Source: an uncultured Chloroflexia bacterium
Lineage (GTDB): Bacteria; Chloroflexota; Ktedonobacteria; Ktedonobacterales; JADMIN01
Reading direction: 5' to 3'
Length of the DNA stretch: 32,000 nt
Assembly (NCBI GenBank): GCA_963718915.1
Contig: CAVRAI010000014.1
Coordinates: 180,001-212,000 of the forward strand
The notes under the pieces were generated by a model. It did no database searches. It was given only the letters and a program-made list of their open reading frames with translations, and was not told the origin of the DNA. The position numbers and the translations under genes were made by a program. Shown here one piece after another: positions 17,525 through 26,232 of this stretch. The stretch's first letter is position 1. Each line of letters begins with the position of its first letter.

Positions 17525-17929
17525 CCGAACACCCTACGGCGTGGGAGGCGAGGCAGACCGTAGCATTCATGCTACGGCTAATTTCCCGCCTCCCCGCCCA
17601 TTCGCCGGGGCCTTTGGGCTTCCGGCCTGCTCACCTCACCGCAATGCTCGTGTCCGTCGTAAATTGTAAAAGCACATAAGTCGCGCCTGAAGGGCCTTGC
17701 CTGCTGCGCACGCTCCGCCACGAAACCCGCCTGCGCGGGGTGCCCAGAACCCTGCGCCAACGGGGAGCGCGTTGGGACACGATCTGGGAGTCCGCGCAGG
17801 CGGACTTGGTGGCCGCAGGCCCTTCAGGCGCGGTTTGAACCGCCCGCCCCCCTCCGCGCATGTCCCTGGTACTTTCTAAAACACATCATGCTACGGCCCG
17901 CCTCGCCCACCACGACGTGCGGTGTTCGG
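17525..17929. repeat. 405-bp composite hairpin-repeat element bounded by about 42-bp inverted repeats
   Basis: CCGAACACCCTACGGCGTGGGAGGCGAGGCAGACCGTAGCAT (17525-17566) matches the reverse complement of 17888-17929 at 35/42 positions. The interior is built from the hairpin words CCGTAGCAT-TC-ATGCTACGG, GAAACCCGCCTGCGCGGGG, GAGTCCGCGCAGGCGGACTT and GGCCCTTCAGGCGCGGTTTGAACCGCC. These recur at 1391, 22851, 23034, 24301 and 25946-26205. Confidence 0.7.
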
Positions 17930-18029
17930 CGGTATTTCTGAAACCACATTAGCCGCCAGCGCCGGTAAAACACAAATATCCCTCCCCATACAAGATGGAG
18001 AGGGATAGAGCGAACGCTCTGGTTGAGGG

Positions 18030-19763
18030 TTAGAGGCTCACCGCCACCTCAGGTTCCTCGTCCGGTTCGGCTGACTCGATAGTCCCTTCCGGCATAACCG
18101 AGGGGCGTGCATCGCCCCGCAGCGGCAGCTCCTTGAGGAAGATGACCGCGACGACGCTCGCCACCGCGACAATCATCCCAACAAAGAAGATGCTGTGCAG
18201 GCTGCTCGCAATGCCAACCTTGACCGCCTCAAGCAGCTGGTTCAGGATCGACAGACCCTGAGGGCCAAACTGGCCAAACTGATGCTGTAACTGCGTCTGC
18301 GCGTTTGGGTCAAGCAGAATTTGCGGGTTATCGAACACCGCGATGATCTGCGCCGGAACAATCTTGCTGATCGCCGTCGGTATCGCGTCGCGGAAGGCCG
18401 TTGGGAAGGTTGAGTTGAAGACCGACCCCATCGCTGCTAGCCCGATGGTGCTGCCAATCTGGCGGAAGAATGTCATCCCCGCCGACGCCTCGCCAATCCG
18501 CGTTGGCAGCGCGTTCTGCACGATCAGGTTATAGAGCGACATCGCCGTGCCCATGCCCAGGCCCAGCACCAGCATCGCGATCACCACATCGGTGCTGCTC
18601 GAATGCACATCCAGGTGCAGCAGGAAGAACGAGCCAACCACACTGATGACCGCGCCCGCCAGCGCGAAGATCTTGTATCTACCTGTCCGCGCGACCAGCA
18701 GGCCCGAGGCGATACTCGCGACGATGGCTGTAACCATCATCGGCGTGAGCACTGTACCGCTCGCGGTGGCCGAGACGCCCGTGACGCTCTGCAAGAAGAG
18801 CGGGATGTAGTAGATGCTGCCCATCATCGCCATGCCAGCGAGCATCACAATGATCGTCGAGACGGCGAAGACGTTGTTCTTGAAGAGGCTGGGCGAGACA
18901 ATTGGCTGCCCGTTGTTGGCCTCCAGCCTGCGCTCGTACAAAATGAAGGCTACCAGCGCGATGACCGAGCCGCCCAGCAGAGCGATGATCTGCGGCGAGT
19001 TCCAGGCATACTGCGAGCCGCCCCATGTCAGGCCAAGCAATAGCGGCACCGTGCCCAAAATAAGCAAGGCCGCGCCGACGAAGTCAATCTTGGGATTCTG
19101 CACTGCACGATGGAGCGAGGGCATCAGGAAGATGAGCACGCCAAGAGCGATCAGGCCGATGGGCATGTTGACGTAGAAGACCCAGCGCCACGACAGATGA
19201 TCGGTAATCCAGCCGCCCGCCGTTGGCCCGACAATGAATGCCAGCATAAAGACCGCGCCCGTGACACCCTGCCACTTCGCGCGCTCGCGTGGCGTGAAAA
19301 GGTCGCCAATGATTGCGATTGCCATAGACATCAGACCGCCAGCGCCTATCCCCTGGAATCCACGGAAGAGAATAAGCTGCGTCATCGATTGCGATGCGCC
19401 AGAGAGGAATGATCCTGCCAGGAATACGATAACCGCGAAGATCAGGATGCCTTTGCGCCCGTACAGGTCAGAAAGCTTGCCATAGATCGGCACCATAACG
19501 GTTGAGGTGAGCAGATAGGCTGTCGTCACCCAGGTGTACTCTGAGAATCCATTGAGGTCGGCGATGATGCGCGGCATGGCCGTGCCGACAATCGTCTGGT
19601 CGAGCGACGAGAGTAGCATCACGAGCAAGACGCTGAGCATCGTCAGCAGCGTGATCTCGCGAGAATACTTTGGCTGCTCGAACACCTCTTCTTTCGTGGG
19701 GATGGCCTCAACCACCTCCGATTCCGCTTTTGTCCTGCGGCCGTTTGCTTCAGCCGTGCTCAT
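18030..19763 (-). CDS. MFS transporter, DHA2 (EmrB/QacA-like, 14-TMS) drug:H+ antiporter family
   Basis: 577 aa, highly hydrophobic. Contains MFS motifs (LDQTIVGTAMPRI, GKLSDLYGRKGILIF). Its size is consistent with the 14-TMS DHA2 type, and it is paired with an upstream TetR regulator. Confidence 0.85.
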   Translation of the reverse strand: MSTAEANGRRTKAESEVVEAIPTKEEVFEQPKYSREITLLTMLSVLLVMLLSSLDQTIVGTAMPRIIADLNGFSEYTWVTTAYLLTSTVMVPIYGKLSDLYGRKGILIFAVIVFLAGSFLSGASQSMTQLILFRGFQGIGAGGLMSMAIAIIGDLFTPRERAKWQGVTGAVFMLAFIVGPTAGGWITDHLSWRWVFYVNMPIGLIALGVLIFLMPSLHRAVQNPKIDFVGAALLILGTVPLLLGLTWGGSQYAWNSPQIIALLGGSVIALVAFILYERRLEANNGQPIVSPSLFKNNVFAVSTIIVMLAGMAMMGSIYYIPLFLQSVTGVSATASGTVLTPMMVTAIVASIASGLLVARTGRYKIFALAGAVISVVGSFFLLHLDVHSSSTDVVIAMLVLGLGMGTAMSLYNLIVQNALPTRIGEASAGMTFFRQIGSTIGLAAMGSVFNSTFPTAFRDAIPTAISKIVPAQIIAVFDNPQILLDPNAQTQLQHQFGQFGPQGLSILNQLLEAVKVGIASSLHSIFFVGMIVAVASVVAVIFLKELPLRGDARPSVMPEGTIESAEPDEEPEVAVSL

Positions 19764-20425
19764 TATTTCTCCCCCTCATCATGCCGTGGCTGGTGCGCCG
19801 CGGCTCCCCTGAAAAAGAACTGACTGACGTATGTGGTGAGTTCGTCTCGCGGAATACCATTTTCCGCCAGCAGCAACGAACCCCGGAAATTGACCGGATG
19901 CAGCAGCCCGGTGAAGATGGCCTGAAGCACGGGCGTGGGGATCGCCGGATCGAAGTCACCCGTCGCCTTCCCCTCGTCGAGCACCGCGCGCAGCCGCTCG
20001 GCAAAGTCACCCCAGAAACTCGCGATGGTCGTGGCTTTCTGCTCCGTCAGCCGCAGACGCAGCTCCGGCACGCGCAGCACCGCGTCCATCATGCGAATAC
20101 GCTCGTCGGACGAGCCGGTATAGACCAGGCGAATGACGCCTTCGAGCTTCTCACGCGGCGCGCTCTCGGAGTCGATGATGGCGTTCATGGATTCGACGAA
20201 TGTGCGCAGATTGGTTTCCATGATGGCCAGTAAGAGGTCTTCTTTGCTGGCGAAGTGCAGGTAAAGCGTCCCCTTGGAGACACCTACGCGCGTGGCGATG
20301 TCATCCATCGAGGTATCGTTGTAGCCCTTCTCCAGAATCAATGCCTCGCCCGCCTGGAGGATCAGTTGCTCGCGTTCCTCACGTTGCCGTTCCTTCAGCG
20401 AGCGTTGTGGTGTCACCGTTGACAT
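19763..20425 (-). CDS. TetR/AcrR family transcriptional regulator
   Basis: N-terminal HTH (GYNDTSMDDIATRVGVSKGTLYLHFASKEDLL). Its stop overlaps the MFS start (TAATG on the minus strand), which suggests translational coupling. Confidence 0.9.
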   Translation of the reverse strand: MSTVTPQRSLKERQREEREQLILQAGEALILEKGYNDTSMDDIATRVGVSKGTLYLHFASKEDLLLAIMETNLRTFVESMNAIIDSESAPREKLEGVIRLVYTGSSDERIRMMDAVLRVPELRLRLTEQKATTIASFWGDFAERLRAVLDEGKATGDFDPAIPTPVLQAIFTGLLHPVNFRGSLLLAENGIPRDELTTYVSQFFFRGAAAHQPRHDEGEK

Positions 20426-20473
20426 GTTCTCGCTCCCTTCCTGATTTGAATTTCTATCCTGAAATGTTGCGAT

Positions 20474-20507
20474 TGACTGCGCTGCTAATACTTTGACTCC
20501 CCAGTCA
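20474..20507. promoter_or_regulatory. Candidate TetR operator: TGACTG ... TGACT-CCCC-AGTCA palindromic half-sites upstream of the tetR-MFS operon
   Basis: TGACTG at 20474-20479 is the reverse complement of CAGTCA at 20502-20507. A tighter palindrome TGACT-cccc-AGTCA lies at 20494-20507. The region is 50-80 nt upstream of the TetR start. There is no experimental or comparative support. Confidence 0.25.
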
Positions 20508-20668
20508 TTATTTTATCACGCGGGTCAAATGCGCGTCAAGGGTGGGGCGCAAGGCAGCGGTTGATGGTGGGGGTAGAGAGAATTCCTCTGGCTGGAAATG
20601 AATGGGGTATTAGCAGGCCACCTCCCCGCCGGAGGGCTGGCAGAGAGGTGGCGTTGCCTGCGAATCGG

Positions 20669-21081
20669 CTACCGAGGAGGCATTGGCGCGCCCAGTTGCT
20701 CCAAAATGCCGGGGCTGCTCTGAACGACGGCGAGTGACACGAGTTGGTCGCCGCGCAATGTCGCGGTAAGGGTGTCTCTTGTGTCGAAGCGCTTGCCGGT
20801 TGCGGGGAACGGTGGCATGCCTGGTAGCTCCAGCGTGCCAGTGTGCGTGCCGGTAATGTGCGAGGTGGCACGAGCGGTGTCGCCGCTCACCTCCAGGTTC
20901 TCCAGATCGATGCGCCAGTCTGGCGCGCCTGCGGCCCAGCCCTGTTGTCCGGTGATAAACTCACGCTTGCCTACGGGTTGCGGTGTCACGCCTGAAAATA
21001 CGAAGTCATCGGTCAGGTAATCTGCTGCTGTCTCCCACTGCTGCGCATTCATAGCAGCATTGAAGGCATTGACGGTTTCGA
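20669..21081 (-). CDS. SnoaL-like / NTF2-fold (ester cyclase-like) protein
   Basis: ETVNAFNAAMNAQQWETAADYLTDDFVF...TGTHTGTLELPGMPPFPATGKRF is a typical SnoaL-like polyketide cyclase pattern. The start is set at GTG 21081 (AAAGGAG 8 nt upstream). The longest ORF would start at GTG 21133. Confidence 0.7.
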
Positions 21082-21307
21082 GAGCTCCCACGTGTTCCGC
21101 TCCTTTCGCCAGAAGCCTTTCGCGCAAGAACACATCACATCCTGCGCTGGTGGCATTCTACCTTCCATGGGTAGCGGAGTGAATCGCCCAAATGGGGTAG
21201 ACTGCTGTCTGACAACGGCGTACAAGACACCGTCACATGTACGATGTGGCACAGGAGATGCGTGCGGTCGAATAGCAAAGAAGCTCTCGTGCGAGAGGGG
21301 AAGCGGC

Positions 21308-22780
21308 ATGAACCTGAACGTAAACTGGAGCATCGTCGAGATTATCCTCACCGTCATCGGCTATCTGATACCTGTCGTGGCGCTCTTCATCGTGCCGGTG
21401 AACCGCAAGCCCACGGCGGCGACGGCCTGGCTGCTGGTGATGTTCATCTTGCCGTATGTCGGCGTGCTCATCTTTCTGCTGATTGGCAGCCCGAAGCTTC
21501 CACGCTGGCGGCGCGCCCAGCAGCACACGATGAATGAGCGCATCGAGGCGATTGCCGCGCAGGTCAAACTGCTTCCGGGCATGGAGCCAGTCTTCGAGAC
21601 ACCTATCCCGCCGCGCAATATGCCCTTCATCAATCTCTCGGCGAACCTGGGTGGGATGCCCGCCGTGGACGGCAATAGCGTCGTTCTGCTGGATGACTAC
21701 CAGGCGATATTTCAGCGCATCGCGGAGTGTATTGACGCGGCGGAGCGCTTCGTGCACGTGGAGTATTACGCGCTGAGTCTCGACGGCGATACCGAGGTGG
21801 TGTTTGCCGCGATGAAGCGGGCGCAGCAGCGCGGCGTGAAGGTGCGTGTGTTGATGGATCAACTGGGATCGCGCAAATACCGCTATTACCGCAAGACGCG
21901 CCAATGGCTGACGCAGGCGGGCATCGAGTGGCATTTGATGTTGCCGCTGCGTCCGGCGCACGGCGAATTTGCCCGGCTCGACCTGCGCAATCACCGCAAG
22001 ATTGTCGTCATCGATAGCAGCGTTGGCTTCACCGGCTCACAGAACCTCATCAAACGCAACTATTTCCGTAAGGATAAAATCTACTATGACGAGCTGGTGG
22101 CGCAGGTGAGCGGGCCTGCCGCGGTGGAGTTGAACGCGGTCTTCATCACCGACTGGTACGCCGAGTCAGGTGTGCTCCTCGATGGGCAGATCAACCCTGA
22201 TAGACTGGATATTCCACCACTGGCGGGTGAGGCGCTCTGCCAGGTGTTGCCCAGCGGCTCCGGCTTCGAATTCGAGAACAACCTGAAGCTGTTTACCGCG
22301 CTGATCCACGCGGCGCGGCACAAGCTGGTGATTACCAACCCCTACTTCGTGCCGGATGAGTCGCTGCTGGTCGCCATTACCAGCGCGGCCCTGCGTGGTG
22401 TTGACGTGAGCCTGATTAACTCCGAGGCGAGCGATCAGTTCTTTGTCAGCTACGCGCAGCGCTCATATTACGAAGAGTTGATGAAAGCGGGCGTCAAAAT
22501 CTACTGGCATCGCGCGCCGATTCTGATGCACTCGAAGTGCATGGCGATTGACGACGATATCGCGGTGATTGGATCGAGCAACCTGGATATGCGCTCGTTC
22601 CACCTCAACATGGAGGTGACGCTGATCGTCTATGACCACGACGCCGTGGTGCAACTGCGACATATCGAGGCCAACTATCTGAAACGCTCGAAGCGGGTGC
22701 GGCTGGACGAATGGGAGCAACGTTCGATACTGACGCGGCTGGCGGAGAATGTCTGCCGCCTCACCTCTGCGTTGCAGTAG
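21308..22780 (+). CDS. cls: Cardiolipin synthase (PLD superfamily, two HKD motifs)
   Basis: N-terminal two-TM region (IILTVIGYLIPVVALFIV, WLLVMFILPYVGVLIFLLIG). HKD motifs HRKIVVIDSSVGFTGSQN and HSKCMAIDDDIAVIGSSN. ATG 21308 has GAGGGG upstream. The longer ORF from 21092 lacks homology-like sequence. Confidence 0.9.
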   Translation: MNLNVNWSIVEIILTVIGYLIPVVALFIVPVNRKPTAATAWLLVMFILPYVGVLIFLLIGSPKLPRWRRAQQHTMNERIEAIAAQVKLLPGMEPVFETPIPPRNMPFINLSANLGGMPAVDGNSVVLLDDYQAIFQRIAECIDAAERFVHVEYYALSLDGDTEVVFAAMKRAQQRGVKVRVLMDQLGSRKYRYYRKTRQWLTQAGIEWHLMLPLRPAHGEFARLDLRNHRKIVVIDSSVGFTGSQNLIKRNYFRKDKIYYDELVAQVSGPAAVELNAVFITDWYAESGVLLDGQINPDRLDIPPLAGEALCQVLPSGSGFEFENNLKLFTALIHAARHKLVITNPYFVPDESLLVAITSAALRGVDVSLINSEASDQFFVSYAQRSYYEELMKAGVKIYWHRAPILMHSKCMAIDDDIAVIGSSNLDMRSFHLNMEVTLIVYDHDAVVQLRHIEANYLKRSKRVRLDEWEQRSILTRLAENVCRLTSALQ

Positions 22781-22850
22781 AGAAGAAGCGGGCGGTTAAT
22801 GTAGCTTTAGAAATAACCCCGGACAGGCGTGCTGGGGCGAGCGTGCCGGA

Positions 22851-23069
22851 GCCTGAAGGCCCCGGCGAATGGGCGCCTGCGCTGGTATGCGCAGGTGGGG
22901 CGGGGCAATTCGCCGGGGCATTTATGCTCCGGCAAGCGTCCCTCAGCAGACTGCTGGCGCAGCCCTGCAGATGCTCGTTCCGTCGCAACTGCGAAAACGA
23001 CATCAATCGCGCCTGAATGGCCTCATGGTGTTCGGCCACGAAGTCCGCCTACGCGGACTTCCCAGACCC
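22851..23069. repeat. Hairpin-repeat cluster between the convergent cls and DUF4383 genes
   Basis: A long stem-loop at 22858-22919 (GCCCCGGCGAAT...CCTGCGC-tggtat-GCGCAGG...ATTCGCCGGGGC) plus GGCCACGAAGTCCGCCTACGCGGACTTCCCAGACCC (23034-23069). A near-copy of the latter lies at 26064-26100. Confidence 0.65.
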
Positions 23070-23189
23070 AGCCGTCAACGATGCATCGTAAGTGCCAAAA
23101 TGTTCTGCTGAACTTGCAAGCGAATACCCCCTTACCAATAATGGCAGGGGGCAGGGGGATAGTGCGCCGGGTGGCGCGCTGGCGCTGCT

Positions 23190-23597
23190 TCAGGCGGTGG
23201 CGGCCTGCGGGCGCGGGCCGGAGATGAAGTAGACCAGCAGCGCCGAGGCGGCAATCGCGAGGTGGAGGATGTTGTCGGCCATGTTGACGGGGATCAGCCC
23301 CAGCAGACTGCCATCCATCACCAGCGGCGTGAAGCCGAGCACCGTCACCAGCGCGTAGACCACACCGAAGACCAGCGCATACATCCGCGCGAAGCTGCCG
23401 TTGGCGTAGTAGCCCGCGAAGATAGCCACCAGCCCGGTCACGATATGAATCACGTTGTGCAGCGGATTGATGGCGAAGATGCCCAGCAGATAGCCTGAGC
23501 CACTGCCTCCGGAGGAGATACCCGGCACGAATCCCAGGACGCCGATGAGCAGCGCGACGAAACCGAAGATGCGCGCGTAGGTTTTGGCGATGTCCAT
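23190..23597 (-). CDS. DUF4383 domain-containing membrane protein
   Basis: 135 aa, 4 TM segments. Contains FAINPLHNVIHIVTGLVAIFAGY and PVNMADNILHLAIAASAL, as in DUF4383. AAAGGGG SD. Confidence 0.75.
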   Translation of the reverse strand: MDIAKTYARIFGFVALLIGVLGFVPGISSGGSGSGYLLGIFAINPLHNVIHIVTGLVAIFAGYYANGSFARMYALVFGVVYALVTVLGFTPLVMDGSLLGLIPVNMADNILHLAIAASALLVYFISGPRPQAATA

Positions 23598-23713
23598 TGT
23601 TGATAACCCCTTTGTTTACTTCCCTTGGCGCTGCTCCCTGTGCCGCCGAATGAACTCAGCACAGGCGACCGGCGCCGTACAACTCGAACAGGACTCGAAG
23701 ACGCACTACAAGA

Positions 23714-24211
23714 TCAGGTATGCCAGCGGACGCCGACGCGGAAGGTGGCGTGAACCGGCGGCTGGCCTGGCGCGCTGATCGTGACGGTCAGTTGCCACGG
23801 CCCCGCCATGCTGAAGACCGGATGCGCGGTATAGTGGCCATGCGCCCAGACGGCGTCCACGGTTGGCACGGGCATCGGCATGGTGAGCATGTCGGCGGAG
23901 ACAATCACTTTTGCCCCCGTGATAGCCTTGCCCGTAGCGTTATTCGCCGCCAGCGAGATGGTGTTGTGATCGCCCACCAGCAGCTCGCCCGAATCGACCA
24001 GCAGTGTCACCCGCAGCGAACCAGCAGCGGCCACCTGTCGCGCCGGATCAGGCGCGGGCGGAAAGAGCAATGCATCCAGCCCCAGATGTACCCATGCCAG
24101 CAGCGCCAGCACCAGCAGCCCGGAGCCGACGATGACGCCACGCGCGAGGTAGGCCTGTCGGCGTGATGGGATGGACGCGCCAAGTGTCACGCTCGCTGTT
24201 GGTGTAATCAT
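23714..24211 (-). CDS. FixH/YtkA-like domain protein, membrane-anchored
   Basis: N-terminal TM segment (GVIVGSGLLVLALLAWV) followed by an Ig-like domain with a Met-rich segment and the W-x-L-x-V signature (VSADMLTMPMPVP...GHYTAHPVFSMAGPWQLTVTI). GGGAGGGAG SD. Confidence 0.55.
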   Translation of the reverse strand: MITPTASVTLGASIPSRRQAYLARGVIVGSGLLVLALLAWVHLGLDALLFPPAPDPARQVAAAGSLRVTLLVDSGELLVGDHNTISLAANNATGKAITGAKVIVSADMLTMPMPVPTVDAVWAHGHYTAHPVFSMAGPWQLTVTISAPGQPPVHATFRVGVRWHT

Positions 24212-24277
24212 GGCTCCCTCCCTGCTGCTTCATGGGCTATTCGCGCTGACTCATAGGCTGTTCGCAGCATGAATACT

Positions 24278-24326
24278 GCGGCGAATGGGCCGTCCCCTCG
24301 ATTCGCCGTGGCCTTCAGGCTACGGC
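24278..24326. repeat. Hairpin-repeat words (GGCGAAT...ATTCGCC; ATTCGCCGTGGCCTTCAGGCTACGG) in the divergent promoter region
   Basis: 24301-24325 is the reverse complement of the CCATAGCCTGAAGGCCACGGCGAAT word at 1401-1425, with 1 mismatch. Confidence 0.6.
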
Positions 24327-24543
24327 GCGTTGCTCGATACGACATCATCCCAAACGAATGCCGATTCATCCCTCACTACACACCGCTGAGTGGATTGGAT
24401 GACTGGCGGATCATCGCGTGGTGGTGGCCGATATTCGGCGGCTACAAGGTGTTCCAATGCGGTATAGTGGATGGCGTCACGAGGTTTTCGCGACCGCTCA
24501 CCTGATTGGGAACGCCGCGTGTATGAATGAGTAGGAGCGCGCG

Positions 24544-25140
24544 TTGGGGAATCCGGCACGCACAGACGAAGAGACGCTGCTCATGCGACGTGTGGCAGCG
24601 GGCGACGAAGAGGCGCTCGGGCTGCTCTACGACCGCCTGGGCCGCCCCGTCTACGCCCTGTGCCTGCGCATCGTTCGCGACAGCGGCGCTGCTGAGGAGC
24701 TCACGCAGGAGACGTTTGTCCGGCTCTGGCGGAGCGCGGCCAGCTTCGACGTGGAGCGTGGCCGGGTGAGCACGTGGCTGCTGCGCATTGCCCACAATCT
24801 GGCGCTCAACGAGATTCGGCGGCGGCGGAGTCGGCCCGTCGTCGCGCCTGAGGTGGAGTGGGAGACCGCCACCAGCGCGCTTGCCGATCCCAACACCGAG
24901 GGCGATCCGGCGCTGGCAAGCGATCTGCGCGAGCGGGCTGAGGTGGTGCGGGCGGCGCTGGCCGAACTGCCGACGCCACAACGGCAGGCAATCGAGCTGG
25001 CGTTTTTCGGTGGGCTTTCCCAGGCGGAGGTCGCCGCCGCGCTCGGCGATCCACTCGGCACGGTCAAGAGCCGTATCCGCATTGGCATGCAGCGCCTACG
25101 CGAGCAACTAATAGCAGCAGGGATGGATGGGACAGGCTGA
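24544..25140 (+). CDS. ECF-type RNA polymerase sigma-70 family factor
   Basis: Region 2 (LYDRLGRPVYALCLRIVRDSGAAEELTQETFVRLW) and region 4 (LPTPQRQAIELAFFGGLSQAEVAAALGDPLGTVKSRI). TTG start at 24544 with AGGAG 7 nt upstream. Confidence 0.9.
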   Translation: MGNPARTDEETLLMRRVAAGDEEALGLLYDRLGRPVYALCLRIVRDSGAAEELTQETFVRLWRSAASFDVERGRVSTWLLRIAHNLALNEIRRRRSRPVVAPEVEWETATSALADPNTEGDPALASDLRERAEVVRAALAELPTPQRQAIELAFFGGLSQAEVAAALGDPLGTVKSRIRIGMQRLREQLIAAGMDGTG

Positions 25141-25877
25141 TGGACAGGCAAGATAGGCAAGACGAACACGTGGACAACCTCCTAGACGCCTATGCGCTTG
25201 GCGCATTGGAGACGGACGAAGTCGCACAGGTCGAGCGGCATCTGGAGACATGTGACGAGTGTCGGGCGCTGCTCGATGCCGTGCGCGTCGTGACCGGTGA
25301 ACTGCTACTTGCCGTCCCCCAGGCTGCGCCGCCCCCCGCGCTACGCGGACGCATCCTCAGTCGCATCCACGACGAGGCCCAGCCAGCGAGTCAGCCCAGC
25401 GAGCACGCGCCAGCGCCTCAGACCGAGGCGACGCGCCCCGGACGTATGGGGCGGTTGCTGCGCTCGCTCTTCGGCGGTGAGACGCCAGAGATTGCCGATA
25501 GCGACGCCGATACACTGTTGCGCGATCTGCTGCTCGATCCACAGGTCACCATCAAGCCTATCGCTGGCGCCGAGCACGCCAGCCATGCGTCCGCCCGCTT
25601 TGTCAGCACCCCTACGCGCCATGAGGGAATCGTCCTGGCGCAGGGGCTGCGTCCGCTGGATGCCCAGCACGCCTATCAGGTGTGGTTATTGCGTGACGGC
25701 CAGCCGCAGCCCAACAACGTCTTCACGGTTGACCACGCTGGCAGGGGCATAGGCATCGTCCGCGCTAGTGAGGCGCCGCTCGACTTCGACGTGCTGGCGA
25801 TCACCCCGGAGCCAGTGGGCGGAAGCCCCGCGCCAACGGGCGAGATCATGCTGGCTGGCGCGCTCAGGGGCGAGTGA
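25140..25877 (+). CDS. Anti-sigma factor (zf-HC2 N-terminus, RskA-like C-terminal domain)
   Basis: The start overlaps the sigma stop (TGATG). Contains HLETCDECRALLD (HxxxCxxC) and a C-terminal YQVWLLRDGQPQP...LAITPEPVGGSPAPTGEIMLAG, typical of the anti-sigma-K/RskA extracytoplasmic domain. Confidence 0.85.
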   Translation: MDRQDRQDEHVDNLLDAYALGALETDEVAQVERHLETCDECRALLDAVRVVTGELLLAVPQAAPPPALRGRILSRIHDEAQPASQPSEHAPAPQTEATRPGRMGRLLRSLFGGETPEIADSDADTLLRDLLLDPQVTIKPIAGAEHASHASARFVSTPTRHEGIVLAQGLRPLDAQHAYQVWLLRDGQPQPNNVFTVDHAGRGIGIVRASEAPLDFDVLAITPEPVGGSPAPTGEIMLAGALRGE

Positions 25878-25945
25878 TACCAACTCCGTTTGGAGTGTTG
25901 TCGCAAAGGGGCGTGCCGTAGCGTAAAGAGGCTACACGTTTTCCT

Positions 25946-26205
25946 CCAAACACCACGCGCCGTGGTGGGCGAGGCAGACCGTAGCATGAACGCTACGGCG
26001 AATTTCCTGGGGGCCGCGCTCAGTGAGGAGTGCGGGCGGTTAAAACCGCGCCTTGAGGGCCTGCGGCCACGAAGTCCGCCGACGCGGACTGCCCAGACGC
26101 GCTCGCCATCGACCAGCCCGTCGCGAGCAGGTTCGTGAAACCCGCCTGCGCGGGTTTTGTGGCGGAGAGGAGCGAGGCCCTTCAGGCGCGGTTTTAACCG
26201 CCTGC
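25946..26205. repeat. Hairpin-repeat mosaic upstream of hen1 (same word set as 17525-17929)
   Basis: Words present: CCAAACACCACGCGCCGTGGTGGGCGAGGCAGACCGTAGCAT (25946-25987), CCGTAGC-atgaac-GCTACGG, GGCGGTTAAAACCGCGCCTTGAGGGCC, CCACGAAGTCCGCCGACGCGGACT, GAAACCCGCCTGCGCGGGTTT and GGCCCTTCAGGCGCGGTTTTAACCGCC. Confidence 0.7.
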
Positions 26206-26232
26206 GTCCGTTATCGTTGAAAGATTCGCACC

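Noticed and set aside
17480-17940. CRISPR array (also considered for 22851-23069 and 25946-26205)
   Set aside because: The repeats are palindromic words of varying type, orientation and spacing, not a single direct repeat with uniform spacers. No cas genes are present in the window.
21233-21994. 253-aa ORF on the - strand
   Set aside because: It is antisense to cardiolipin synthase, which has both HKD motifs. Its His/Arg/Gln-rich composition is not protein-like.
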